From Waterburya sp. (GTDB taxonomy: Bacteria > Cyanobacteriota > Cyanobacteriia > Cyanobacteriales > Xenococcaceae): DNA of 64,000 bases. The DNA lies in the NCBI GenBank assembly GCA_965217895.1, contig CBDCJV010000002.1:1152001-1216000 (forward strand), given 5' to 3'. Every line of letters begins with the position of its first letter. Positions within the stretch are counted from its first letter, which is position 1. This document shows, piece by piece, positions 1-10,531 of this stretch. The notes under the pieces are model-generated. The model was not told the origin of the DNA, ran no database searches, and was given only the letters and a program-made list of their open reading frames with translations. The position numbers were made by a program, and so were the translations under genes.

Positions 1-507
1 TTGTAACCCTTGAGGATATAAATCAATTTTGTTTTGGGCTATGTTTGCAAACTCGGTATCAAACATCCGTATAATTTCGCGAGATTCATTGTTAACAATA
101 CTTGAAGTTTTTTTATCCCATAATATTGGTACTGTAACTCGCCCTGTATATTTAGAGTCGGCGATCGCATATACTTCTCTGAGATATTTAGTATGATTGA
201 TTGTATCGGGGACTGTCCCCCGAAAGTCGGAAAACTCCCAACCGTCCGATCCCATCAAAGGGTCTACTGCGGAAATGCTTATGGCATCAGTCAATCCTTT
301 CAATTGACGCATAATCAAGGTGCGATGCGCCCAGGGACAGGCATAAGATATGTATAGATGATAGCGATCGCCAACTGCGGGAAAGCCACTCGAACCATCG
401 GCGGTAAGGCGATCGCGAAAGGTAGTTGGATTGCGCTGAAAACGTCCTTTTTTGTCCTCGTACTCTTTGTTAGTCCATTGACCATTGACCATCATTCCTG
501 TAGCCAT
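1..507 (-). CDS. Glutathione S-transferase family protein (glutathionyl-hydroquinone reductase YqjG/ECM4 type), N-terminal part; runs off window start
   Basis: Manual translation from ATG at 507: MATGMMVNGQW...GRFQRNPTTFRDR...RYHLYISYACPWAHRTLIMRQLKGL, containing the CPWAHR motif. Confidence 0.9.
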   Translation of the reverse strand, partial: MATGMMVNGQWTNKEYEDKKGRFQRNPTTFRDRLTADGSSGFPAVGDRYHLYISYACPWAHRTLIMRQLKGLTDAISISAVDPLMGSDGWEFSDFRGTVPDTINHTKYLREVYAIADSKYTGRVTVPILWDKKTSSIVNNESREIIRMFDTEFANIAQNKIDLYPQGLQ

Positions 508-909
508 AGTTTCCCCTAATTTAGTTACTATCTTTCATTGTGATCGCCCGATCGAGTTACAATACTTCTCTTTTAAGCCTTGTTGTTGATTGGTTGAGTA
601 ATAGGAAGCTTGTCCTACGCCCGTCAGGCAGAGTAGGTAATCATTTTCTATCACTCAAACTAAGATCTACCAAGCGCAATTGTTAACCGAGAAGCATTGG
701 ATCGAGTTGGCTATGACTTTGCAACAGCAAACGACCAAAAACAACGTTAGGCGTATTATAATTATTAGCTAACAAATGCTGTTTTGTGATCTTGTTGCTT
801 AATTTCTGCCTAAATTTAACGTCAGAATATTTTAGGTCTTTTAATTCAAGATCGGTATTAGTCATAAGTGCCATCAACAGCACCTGATTTATTTGTCTAA
901 TTTAAAATA

Positions 910-961
910 CTACTTAAATTGCATTTTTGACTGCTCACCGTCATAAATGCAATTTAAGTAG
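910..961. repeat. Long inverted repeat / hairpin
   Basis: CTACTTAAATTGCATTT (910-926) ... AAATGCAATTTAAGTAG (945-961), perfect 17-bp arms. Confidence 0.7.
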
Positions 962-1046
962 CAAGTACCGCTTCGCTCAAGTAGCAAATAGCAATTAAGA
1001 ATATTTTTCCCAACTTGCTACTTGCTATCTGATATCTGCTACTTAA
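954..1046. repeat. Small dispersed element built from TGCTAC/TAGCAA-type heptamers with TTAAGTAGCA..TGCTACTTAA ends
   Basis: Terminal inverted TTAAGTAGCA/TGCTACTTAA; a related inverted copy is split across 40711-41052. Confidence 0.55.
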
Positions 1047-1662
1047 TCACCCTAAAGTGCGGGGTTTTAAACCCATCTATTAAACTGATAAGCAGACTTA
1101 GATTGCATAAATTTCAGGACGATAAGCAAAAACAAAAAGTTATTTTTCAAAAACTTATTAACAATAGTAGACTACAGCAAAACAGCTTTCTACTTAGCAT
1201 CTATTTTCTGATATGCTTAAGTATTTTTTATAGTTTCATCATAGTTTTACTCAACCTATAATTAGTAAAACAGTCTAGAAAAATATAGATTTTTGGCAGC
1301 TAAGTCTAAATTATCGTCTATGAGTAGAAGACTTGAGAAATTATACTCAACTAGATGTTTACCCTGGTAGGTGGTAGTTTCAAACAAATAGCACCTACTT
1401 TATACCTGTTATTTTCTCATAGGAATCTTAGTTTGTCAGCACTGTGGCGGACATAGTAAGCATAAGCGTTTAAATAGCAAGTGCGATAAAGCTTTTCTGC
1501 GCTTTAAGACCAACAGTTATAAACATTTTTAAAGTAATATTTATATTTAAAAACTACCACTTTAAATTAATTTTGATCGCCTTTTTTATCATCCTTTAAG
1601 TAGAGGCTATTTTGAGATAAAGCTAATAGGATTACTAAAGTAATAATAAAATCAATTTATTT

Positions 1663-2052
1663 ATGTCTTTAATAACAAGAAAACCAACAAAGCGTGTTTT
1701 GATTGTTGATGATATTGCTGACAACTTATTCTTGGCGCAATTTATTTTAGAAGACCAAGGTTATGAAGTAAATACAGCCAACAGTGGAAAAGCTGCCATA
1801 ACTCAGGTAGAAACAGAGAAAATTAAACCAGATCTAATTATTCTAGACTTAATGATGCCTGAAATGGATGGCTATGAGGTAATCGAATATTTGCGTAACC
1901 ATCAAAAAGCACCTTATATTCCTGTTTTACTAATGACTGCCGATACTAGCGTTAGTTGCGAAGATGCTTTACACGCAGGAGCAAGTGGAATAATTTATAA
2001 ACCTTGGGATTTAGAACAGTTTCTGAAAAAAGTCGAGATGTTTAATGTTTGA
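1663..2052 (+). CDS. Single-domain response regulator (REC)
   Basis: VLIVDD, DLIILDLMMP (phospho-Asp), LMTA, YKP. Confidence 0.9.
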   Translation: MSLITRKPTKRVLIVDDIADNLFLAQFILEDQGYEVNTANSGKAAITQVETEKIKPDLIILDLMMPEMDGYEVIEYLRNHQKAPYIPVLLMTADTSVSCEDALHAGASGIIYKPWDLEQFLKKVEMFNV

Positions 2053-2058
2053 GATTTG

Positions 2059-2325
2059 GGCGTTGCTGAACGTGTAATGCTAAAATAAAATTTTACTTAT
2101 CTATTCATCAACATGGCGATTAGAGATGCTCTCTGACCGAGAGCCTCTCTCGCCATCAAAACAGATTGCTCAAAAGCTAATAGTGAGGGCGACCCCGCGT
2201 CGGCGTAAGACGCAAGACAAAGGCTTTAGCCGCATGTACGCGCCCGAACCCGAAGGGCTAAAGGCTAAGAGCTAAGAGCTATGAACAGAATTATTTTATA
2301 TGTCATTACTTGAATCAGCAACGCC
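2059..2325. mobile_element. MITE, GGCGTTGCTGA/TCAGCAACGCC family, with internal small-repeat inserts
   Basis: TIRs at both ends; flanks GAGATTTG/AAGATTTG (7/8 TSD); homologous to 62237-62429 in the opposite orientation. Confidence 0.8.
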
Positions 2326-5300
2326 AAGATTTGACTGGTTTTGGCTAGCAAGCTTGCTGACTGTGGTGACAAAAGCAACTACATTAAGTGGTTTGGCGAT
2401 ATGTTGTTGAAAACCAGCTTCTTTTGCTTGCTGTTGGTCAAATCCGCTTGCATAAGCAGAAAGAGCGATCGCCTGAATATTTGCCATCGGCGATTCTAGA
2501 GCGCGAATTTGGCGCATCAATTCATAGCCATTGACTACTGGCATTCCAATGTCGCTAATAAGCAGATCGAAAGCAGATTCTGACAAAGCCTCAATGGCTT
2601 TGCTTGCCGAGGTTGCTGTTTTCACTTCAGCCCCTTCTTGTTCGAGGATAAAAGCTAGCAGTGAGAGAGAATCTGGCTCATCATCGACGGCTAAGACTCG
2701 AATGCCCTGAAGCTGTTTTGTTTGAATAGGATGATCTATCGGTGGAGGATTGCTTAATATCTCACTCTCTTCTAATTCGAGAGGAAATTCAAGACTAAAT
2801 GTAGCTCCTCGATCCTTGCCTGGACTTTCTACCGCAATTGAACCATCATGTAGTTCGGTTAAGTTGCGGACAATGGCTAGCCCCAAGCCCAAACCGCCAA
2901 AGTTTCTAGTAGAAGCACTATCAGCCTGACGAAAGCGATCGAATACATAGGGCAGAAATTCAGGTTCGATACCTTGACCTGTATCAATAACCTGGATACA
3001 AGCCGATCGCCCGACTTTATTTAGTTTAACCGTTATCTTGCCACTTTCGGTCGTGAATTTAATGGCGTTAGAAAGTAGATTCCAGACTATTTGCTGTAAT
3101 CGCTGGGCATCTCCTAATATTTGTCCGACATTAGGTTCAAAGTTGGTTGTTATGGGAATTGATTTGGCTTGAGCAGTTAATTCAACCGTAGCGATCGCTG
3201 AATTAATAATATTGGCTAAATTGAGCGGAGTTTTATTAAGCTTGATTTTGCCCCGTAAGATGCGAGAGACATCGAGTAAATCTTCAATTAGCTGTGCCTG
3301 GAGCTTGGCATTACGTTCAATTATGCCTATGCCTCTGGCTGTCTGCCCTGGATCTAGCGTACCTGCACTAAGAAGTTGCGACCAGCCTAAGATAGGATTG
3401 AGAGGCGTGCGTAATTCATGGGAGACAATTGCCAAAAATTCATCTTTTAGCCGACTCAACTCTTCAGCTTTAGTACGGGCTAAGGTTTCCTTGGCTAACA
3501 GTTGTTCGCGCTCTCGTTCGATGTTTTTGCGATCGCTGATCTCAGCACTTAAAATAGCAATCCCGTCGGGAATTGGATAAACGCGATTTTCATACCAACG
3601 ATCCCAGGTTAGATAGTGATATTCAAACTGAAGAGGAGTTTTTTCGCTCATTACCCGTTCGACTTGATGATAAAACTCGGTATCAACTACATCAGGAAAT
3701 AGATCCCAAATACTTACATTTATTACATCTTCCCGTGGCTTGCCGATAAGTTCCAATTCGCGATCGTTGACGTAGGTAAAACGCCAGTGGCAATCAAGAG
3801 TAAAAAAACCATCGCGGAGGCTGGATAAAACATTTTGCAGGTTAGCTTGTGCTGTTTCGGTTTGAAAACGTAAATTTTGAGCAGTTTTGCGGAGTTCGGC
3901 TAGTTTGAGCGTAGCTTCAACACGAGCAAGTAATTCCCTAGCAGAAAAAGGCTTGATTAAATAATCATCTGCTCCCGCTTCTAAGCCTTCGATGCGAGAC
4001 TCTTCCCCTGCTCGTGCTGACAGCAATATAATTGGTATTTCTTGAGTTTCAGGCTCGGAGCGAAGCGATCGCAATAGCTCAAAGCCATCAATTCCTGGCA
4101 TCATTACATCGCTTAGGACTAAATCTGGTGGATTGGCTCGCACTGCATCCAAAGCAGCAATGCCGTCGGTAACTGTCTCCACCGTATAGCAACTACTTAA
4201 AAGCCTGGCTAAATAATCGCGCATATCGGCATTATCGTCAGCCAATAAAATGTGCGCCGTTGTGGTAGATAAACACTGTGCGGGAATATCGGCAACTTGC
4301 GGTTGAATTTCAAGGGGTGATGGCTTTTGCAGAAGACTTAAAGCTTCTTGGACATAGGGATTAGCATTTAATGATGAGATATCAAGCTCGGAGAAGTTTT
4401 GGGTAACGCGATCGCTCGGTAAATGCGCTGTACCTGTAGGAATTGCCAGCGTAAAACAACTGCCCTTATCTAAAACACTCGTTACCGTAATTGTGCCTTG
4501 ATGTAATTCCACTAATTCCCGCACCAAAGATAAACCAATGCCCGAACCCTCAAAACTACGTCCTTGAGTATCCTTTACCCGATAAAAGCGTTCAAACAAG
4601 CGGGATAATTCGGCTGGGGGAATACCAACCCCAGTATCTTCTACCGTCAACTCTACCTGAGTCTTTTGCCAGCGTAACCGTACTGTAATTTTGCCTGCCA
4701 AAGTAAACTTAAAAGCATTGGAGATTAAATTAAAAACAATTTTTTCCCATAGTTCGCGATCGACATAAACCGCTTCGGGTAAAGTAGGACAATCTACCAC
4801 CAGCTCAAGACACGCCTGTTCAATTGCAGCCCGAAAAACACTGGCAAGTTCGGCGGTTAGGGCAGCTAAATCAGTAGGTTCATATACTGCCTGGATGCGT
4901 CCTGCTTCAATGCGGGAAAAATCTAGCAGAGTGTTGACCAGTTTTAACAGACGCATTCCGTTGCGCTGGATTACTTCAAGACGTTGACGCTGTGGAAAAG
5001 GTAATGGTGGAGTATCATGTAAAGCATCCTCTAGAGGACTCAGCATCAAAGTCAAAGGAGTGCGAAATTCGTGAGAAACATTGCTAAAAAATGCCGTTTT
5101 CGCCCGATCAATTTCCGCCAAGGCTTCTGCTCGTTGCTTTTCTGCCTCATAAGCTTGTGCATTAGCGATCGCCGTAGCTATTTGTCCCGCTACTAAATCA
5201 AAAAAGCCCTGGTAATCGTCATCGAATTGTCGCAGAGGACTAACGCCTGTAATTAACCAACCGTTTACTGTTTGTTCTGAAGTTGTCAAGGGCAACACCA

Positions 5301-6144
5301 CAGCTAACTTGGCTGGCTTTGACCAAGCACCACCAGGCAGTAGACCATACTTTGATTCCCTTAGCTCTATAATCTGGCTTTTTTTCGACTGCAAGACCTG
5401 ATTTAGCGACCACAAATCATCTTTATTTTTCAACTTAATTTCGGTCGGACCAATAGACAATCTTGTGTCTAATCCAGTCCTAGCGACAAGTCGCGCTTTG
5501 GTTTCCGTCTCATCCACCAGATACAGCAGGGTAAAGGGCAAATCGTAAAGATTCTTACCTAAAGTGGCGATCGCCATTTCTCCCGCTGTTTGTACCGTTT
5601 TTGCCTTAACGGTTTCTGCTGCTAATTCCCGTAAGGTTTGTAAACGGCGATCGCTCAAAACCCGACGAGTCTCTTCACTACAGGCACAAAAGAGTCCATA
5701 AATATCACCATCCTCACCAAAAATAGGACTGTAGGAAAAAGTAAAGTAGGTTTCCTCTGGGTAGCCTTTGCGTTCCATGATTAAAAATAAAGCTTCATCC
5801 CACGAGGCTTGACCTTTTTGTAAAACCCCTTCAATTTGAGGACTCAGTGCGTCCCAAACTTCAGCCCAGACTTGAGACGCGGGCTGACCTAGGGCATCGG
5901 GATGACGCGCACCTAAAATTGGGATATAGGCATCGTTATAAAAATTAAGACCTTCTTCTCCCCACCAAATAAACATCGGGTAGCGGGAATTTAACATGAT
6001 GCTAACTGCCGTCTTAAGACTCGATGACCAGCCTTCAATTGCCCCAACAGAAGTTTGCGACCAGTCATGGGATCTCACCAACGCACCCATCGATCCGCCA
6101 CCAGGGATAATTGCTTCGTATCCAGTCAACGACTTGTCGTCCAT
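2296..6144 (-). CDS. Hybrid histidine kinase: PAS-like/GAF-HisKA-HATPase-REC-PAS-HisKA-HATPase-REC
   Basis: Two H-boxes (SHEFRTPL, SHELRTPL), two N/G boxes, two receiver domains (LSDVMMP, ISDIGMP). Confidence 0.92.
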   Translation of the reverse strand: MDDKSLTGYEAIIPGGGSMGALVRSHDWSQTSVGAIEGWSSSLKTAVSIMLNSRYPMFIWWGEEGLNFYNDAYIPILGARHPDALGQPASQVWAEVWDALSPQIEGVLQKGQASWDEALFLIMERKGYPEETYFTFSYSPIFGEDGDIYGLFCACSEETRRVLSDRRLQTLRELAAETVKAKTVQTAGEMAIATLGKNLYDLPFTLLYLVDETETKARLVARTGLDTRLSIGPTEIKLKNKDDLWSLNQVLQSKKSQIIELRESKYGLLPGGAWSKPAKLAVVLPLTTSEQTVNGWLITGVSPLRQFDDDYQGFFDLVAGQIATAIANAQAYEAEKQRAEALAEIDRAKTAFFSNVSHEFRTPLTLMLSPLEDALHDTPPLPFPQRQRLEVIQRNGMRLLKLVNTLLDFSRIEAGRIQAVYEPTDLAALTAELASVFRAAIEQACLELVVDCPTLPEAVYVDRELWEKIVFNLISNAFKFTLAGKITVRLRWQKTQVELTVEDTGVGIPPAELSRLFERFYRVKDTQGRSFEGSGIGLSLVRELVELHQGTITVTSVLDKGSCFTLAIPTGTAHLPSDRVTQNFSELDISSLNANPYVQEALSLLQKPSPLEIQPQVADIPAQCLSTTTAHILLADDNADMRDYLARLLSSCYTVETVTDGIAALDAVRANPPDLVLSDVMMPGIDGFELLRSLRSEPETQEIPIILLSARAGEESRIEGLEAGADDYLIKPFSARELLARVEATLKLAELRKTAQNLRFQTETAQANLQNVLSSLRDGFFTLDCHWRFTYVNDRELELIGKPREDVINVSIWDLFPDVVDTEFYHQVERVMSEKTPLQFEYHYLTWDRWYENRVYPIPDGIAILSAEISDRKNIEREREQLLAKETLARTKAEELSRLKDEFLAIVSHELRTPLNPILGWSQLLSAGTLDPGQTARGIGIIERNAKLQAQLIEDLLDVSRILRGKIKLNKTPLNLANIINSAIATVELTAQAKSIPITTNFEPNVGQILGDAQRLQQIVWNLLSNAIKFTTESGKITVKLNKVGRSACIQVIDTGQGIEPEFLPYVFDRFRQADSASTRNFGGLGLGLAIVRNLTELHDGSIAVESPGKDRGATFSLEFPLELEESEILSNPPPIDHPIQTKQLQGIRVLAVDDEPDSLSLLAFILEQEGAEVKTATSASKAIEALSESAFDLLISDIGMPVVNGYELMRQIRALESPMANIQAIALSAYASGFDQQQAKEAGFQQHIAKPLNVVAFVTTVSKLASQNQSNLGVADSSNDI

Positions 6145-6216
6145 CTTTTTGTTTGCTTTTAGATTATTTTAACGCGCTCAAAATACCTTCGTTTCATCAA
6201 CAGTGTGCAAGACTTT

Positions 6217-6327
6217 AGGACTTACGCAGTTTAACGAGTTTTGCCCCCCTAGCCCCCCAAATCTGGGGGAACAAGAATTAAAAGTCCCCCAAACCTGGGG
6301 GATTTAGGGGGCGAGTGCGTAAGTCCT
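6217..6327. mobile_element. MITE with AGGACTTACGCA/TGCGTAAGTCCT TIRs
   Basis: 12-bp perfect TIR; direct repeat AGACTTT on both flanks; second, interrupted copy starts at 40301. Confidence 0.8.
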
Positions 6328-6511
6328 AGACTTTTAACGTGGTTTCAAAAACTGGGTCGGGGCGATCCTTATTCTCGATCGCTACAGCTAATCTCCAAGA
6401 CGACTGGACAGATTGACCTTTATACTGAAAATAATGCAGCAAAAATATTAGAAATTAGTAAAATAGCCCAAAAAAGTTTTTAATATTGATAGCTCTAACT
6501 TAAATTAGATC

Positions 6512-7507
6512 TCAAGAATAACCTAATGCAGTCATAGTTTGTTCAAATAGAGGAGCTAATTCAGGTGGCAAGGAGAAAACCTGATTATTTTGCCGGCTAT
6601 TAAGCGTTTTTTTCGCATAACAAACCATTTTTTCATCAAGTGGTAGCTCACAAAAATCTAGTAATTGTTTGAGGCTATTTTCAGGTTGAGCAACTAATTC
6701 TTCATATTTAAGTAGATAAACAACCTCTGGAAACTGTTTAACTAACTTTAAACCTTCCTGCATGGTCAAAATCCATTCGACTGCTGCCATGTAAGTATGA
6801 TTAGAATAGCCTTTAATGGTTTCTAGGTTATGCTCAAAAACAAAATTTGTTGCAGCTATTTGTTCGATCAACAAATGCCATTTGCGATTATTCAAACCCC
6901 ACCAATCATGGGTGTCATTTTGGACATTGATACCAAGGCGTTTTGACCATCCATCAATTGATTGACAGGTATCCCAACCGTTACGAGCTAAAAAGATAAA
7001 TTTGGCATCGGGAAAAATTTGTCTTACAAAAGGAACTCGAAAGATTAGTTCTGGATATTTATCTACCAATCTAGAGGAAGCAACTGCTGTTAAATAAGCA
7101 CCAAACAGGCGATGTGCTGTACGTTTAATTGAGTCAGTAACATTTTCTGCTTCTAAACGATAGTCAGCTTTTCCTTGACTGTAGCTACCGATCAGGTCTT
7201 CTTCTGGATAAATTGTATGCCAAAGTGCTTTTGGTTCATTAAGAAAACCTACTTCTTGGTGCATGGATAAAACTACTCCCAAAATAGTAGTTCCGCTTCG
7301 TCCTGTACCAATAATAAAAATCGGTTTTTTGACTTTTTTTAGCTGTGGCAAGCTTTGGGCGATCGCAAATAAATTGAAGATAAAAGGGTTAATCCACTGT
7401 CCTTTTGTAGTTAAAGGTCTACCTTCAAAAAGACCATAGCCAATCAGACGAGATAAAGCTTTGGTAGGTTTTGTTTTTAGATATAGACTATCAAGTTGGG
7501 CAACCAT
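6512..7507 (-). CDS. Sulfotransferase family protein
   Basis: 5'-PSB loop IFIIGTGRSGTT; DKYP; FLARNGWD (3'-PB); LKYEELV. Confidence 0.88.
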   Translation of the reverse strand: MVAQLDSLYLKTKPTKALSRLIGYGLFEGRPLTTKGQWINPFIFNLFAIAQSLPQLKKVKKPIFIIGTGRSGTTILGVVLSMHQEVGFLNEPKALWHTIYPEEDLIGSYSQGKADYRLEAENVTDSIKRTAHRLFGAYLTAVASSRLVDKYPELIFRVPFVRQIFPDAKFIFLARNGWDTCQSIDGWSKRLGINVQNDTHDWWGLNNRKWHLLIEQIAATNFVFEHNLETIKGYSNHTYMAAVEWILTMQEGLKLVKQFPEVVYLLKYEELVAQPENSLKQLLDFCELPLDEKMVCYAKKTLNSRQNNQVFSLPPELAPLFEQTMTALGYS

Positions 7508-7556
7508 AACCGAGAAGATTATTAAATTCTTTGTATATTATCATCTTTTTTTAGCT

Positions 7557-9113
7557 TTACTTTTTGTTAGTAGATATTTTAGTAACAGAATAAGGAGGAA
7601 GCGTAATTTTTTGCCGAATTTCTCCTCTTGTTTGCTGTAAAATACCAGGTTTAGTTACCAAGTCCCGTGGCGAACCTGAAATAGTTTCATAATATACTTT
7701 GCTTTTGGGTAAAAAATCAATTTTAACTTCTGTTTGGCGATCGGCTAAATTGAGAATCAGTGAATTTTTTTCAGTTCCATTAGTAAACATCCAACCATAC
7801 AAAGTAGGATATTCAAAATTATTTCTCCCCTTGGTCATTTGATTGTTAGCAAAATTAATTGGAATTGCCTGAGTCATTCCTTCAATGGCATTTCCTAACA
7901 AACTGAGTGCAGATCCTGTAGCTGACAAACTATAGGGCTTGGCTAAAGGTAATCCTGTTACTGGGTCTTCAAAGCTTTGTTCTGTAGCCAAAATTGAGGC
8001 AAAGTGGAAATTACCGATTAATTGATGATTACAAATAAGTTCAACACGAGGCTCTTCCAAAAAAAGTAAACTCATAGTCGTGGCATATAATCCATGCGCC
8101 CAACTACCCATTACCTTTGGCTTTTTGCCTTGATTTTGAAAAAATATTCTTTCAAAAAGATTGTACTCTGTAATCCAAATATTTTTGTTAATTGGTAACA
8201 ATTTAAATTGAGGAGAATTTTGAACCGTTTGCCATCTTTGAAACGGCTCACCCAAGATAATATCAGTATCTTCTAACCTAAAGAAAGGATAAGTTGGCAG
8301 ATTACTTTCTTTCTCACTTAAACCATAACCTCCATAAATATGAAGTACGATCGCGTCCGCTTTGGGTAAAGCTTTTGTTAGCAGACTGCTGTTCCATTTC
8401 TGAAATCTTTCTGGTGAATTAAGGTAAGGAATGATACCAACAACTGCTATTTCTGCTTCGGGAAATTCCTGTTCAATTGCAGAGATCCACTTTATAATTT
8501 CAGCAGCATAGTCTTGTGGTTGAGGAAAATGCTCTCTATTGTCGGCAACATCTAGATATAACTCATTACCTAATTCAATATATTGAATAGGTAAACCCAA
8601 ATTTTTAGCTGTTCGCAACATCTCCAATTGAGATGTCAAATTAGAAGTAGATAAATTTAAAACAAAAATCGGTTTAGTATTGGTAAGCTCTAATCCATGG
8701 CGAAAGTCTTCTAGTTTGCTGGCGGTATAGTTGCGATCTTGAGGGCTAAAAGAATAGGTAAAATCTTGTTTTTCTTCTCCACGAAAAGCGTCAATTAATC
8801 CTCCTGTACGCCAATTCCAATAATTAGCTTCAGTTCCACCAGGAAATCTAATCGTATTAGGGTTAAGCAATTTTACTGCTCGTACAAAGTCGGAGGATTG
8901 CCAAGAGGGAACTCGCAGAGCGTTGTTGTTAAAGCCAAAAAAACTGGAAGATAAAGGACGCGAGGAGGTAGCTAAATAAGCTGTAGTCATCTCTTCAGAT
9001 TTGACCTTATTTTGTAATCGATGCGATTGGCTTTGATTGATTAAGAAAGCCAAAAAACCGCAGATTAATAAAATAACAAGAAATTTACCGATAGAATTAG
9101 ATTTAATAACCAA
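7557..9113 (-). CDS. Membrane-anchored/exported clan-A glycoside hydrolase (GH79/GH51-like)
   Basis: N-terminal hydrophobic helix; IRFPGGTEAN, YIELGNE (acid/base), IWITEYN (nucleophile). Confidence 0.65.
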   Translation of the reverse strand: MVIKSNSIGKFLVILLICGFLAFLINQSQSHRLQNKVKSEEMTTAYLATSSRPLSSSFFGFNNNALRVPSWQSSDFVRAVKLLNPNTIRFPGGTEANYWNWRTGGLIDAFRGEEKQDFTYSFSPQDRNYTASKLEDFRHGLELTNTKPIFVLNLSTSNLTSQLEMLRTAKNLGLPIQYIELGNELYLDVADNREHFPQPQDYAAEIIKWISAIEQEFPEAEIAVVGIIPYLNSPERFQKWNSSLLTKALPKADAIVLHIYGGYGLSEKESNLPTYPFFRLEDTDIILGEPFQRWQTVQNSPQFKLLPINKNIWITEYNLFERIFFQNQGKKPKVMGSWAHGLYATTMSLLFLEEPRVELICNHQLIGNFHFASILATEQSFEDPVTGLPLAKPYSLSATGSALSLLGNAIEGMTQAIPINFANNQMTKGRNNFEYPTLYGWMFTNGTEKNSLILNLADRQTEVKIDFLPKSKVYYETISGSPRDLVTKPGILQQTRGEIRQKITLPPYSVTKISTNKK

Positions 9114-9237
9114 GAGGCAATTTTAAACTATAATTTTGCTTCAAAAACCTATAATATAGCAGGTTTTGCTATTTTTGTATTATCTATAAATTTCTTAGGT
9201 TAATCGTACCATTTTTTGATAAACCCCTAGTAGTTAT

Positions 9238-10443
9238 TTACAATACTTTTTGATACACTCGCATTAGTTGTTGATAGTGGTTTTCTGGATTGAACTCAGT
9301 CTCTACTTTACGTCTACCAGCCAAACCCATCTCGACAGACTGTTGCCGATGCTTGGTCATCCAAAGCATATGCTCTCTCAATTGTTCTACATTTCCAGGT
9401 GAAAAAGTATATCCGTCAATTTCATTGGTAACAATTTCAGTCATTCCTCCTATTTGACTAGCTATTACCGTTCGTCCATGAGCAAATGACTCAATTAAGG
9501 TTAAACCAAAAGTTTCGTACCATTCTGATGGAACTACGGTACAGAGACTATTACGAATTAACTGATTTAACTCTTGTTTATGCTTAAATCCCAATAAATG
9601 TATATGCTGAAGGTTTTTTTGTTCTATCAGTTTCTCTATTTCCAAACGATCTGTACCATCTCCCACAATTAGTAAGGGAGTGTCTGTAAGAGGAGAAGCA
9701 GCCTCAATTAAAGTAAAAATACCTTTGTATCGCTCTAGCCGTCCGAAGTAGAGAAAATATTCTCCAGGCGAAGTATTAGGTTCTAATTTTGATGTATCGA
9801 TAAAATTATGAACCGTACTTATTTTGTTTTCGGGTAATCCTAACTCAATTAATTTTTTTCTTTGAAAGTTGCTAACGGCGATAAAGTGATCGATTTTATT
9901 GACCGAACCTGAAAAGTGAGAAACATATGATTCAATAGTACTAAGTAGCGATCGCGCTATAGAACCTCGATTACAGCGTTTTGCAGTTGCTTGCCAGAAA
10001 TTCGAGCCATTACAAGCCTGACAAATTTCACCATTAGACATTAAGGAGTATACAGGACAGACAATTTTATACTCGTGTAGAGTTTGAACTATGGGGATTC
10101 CCTTTTCCTTTAGCGGTTTTAAGATCGAAGCTGTTAGTTGACCATAGTAGATGTGGAGATGAGCTAGATCAATTTGGCGATCGCTTAGCAGGTTAGCGAT
10201 CGCTCTTGCAGCTTTTTGAGAGTAGATGAAATTAATAAGATCGTCTAAATGAGGCTTTTCAAAATTTACTCTTTCGGGAAAATAGCTAGACCAAGATGTA
10301 TCTTCGTTTTGGGGATCTGAAGCTGCAAAGGGAATTACTTGATGGTCATGCTGCTGTAATAAACGGGATAAATCAAACTGATAGCGATCGCAACCACCTT
10401 TAATATGGTATCGCTGACCTGCATTCAAAATCGTAAATGTCAT
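9238..10443 (-). CDS. Glycosyltransferase family 4
   Basis: YFGRLERYKG; PSEWYETFGLTLIE (EX7E). Confidence 0.9.
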   Translation of the reverse strand: MTFTILNAGQRYHIKGGCDRYQFDLSRLLQQHDHQVIPFAASDPQNEDTSWSSYFPERVNFEKPHLDDLINFIYSQKAARAIANLLSDRQIDLAHLHIYYGQLTASILKPLKEKGIPIVQTLHEYKIVCPVYSLMSNGEICQACNGSNFWQATAKRCNRGSIARSLLSTIESYVSHFSGSVNKIDHFIAVSNFQRKKLIELGLPENKISTVHNFIDTSKLEPNTSPGEYFLYFGRLERYKGIFTLIEAASPLTDTPLLIVGDGTDRLEIEKLIEQKNLQHIHLLGFKHKQELNQLIRNSLCTVVPSEWYETFGLTLIESFAHGRTVIASQIGGMTEIVTNEIDGYTFSPGNVEQLREHMLWMTKHRQQSVEMGLAGRRKVETEFNPENHYQQLMRVYQKVL

Positions 10444-10531
10444 TGATTTAAATTCACCTAATTTAAAGTAGCCCTAAATGATAATTACGCTTTTTCAGTA
10501 ATTTTCAAACTAATCTCTCATTATTTACTCA

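Noticed and set aside
683..1261. ORFs 683-883 and 1022-1261
   Set aside because: No recognisable motifs or RBS, and non-ATG starts; the second overlaps repeats, and the first may be an unidentified gene fragment
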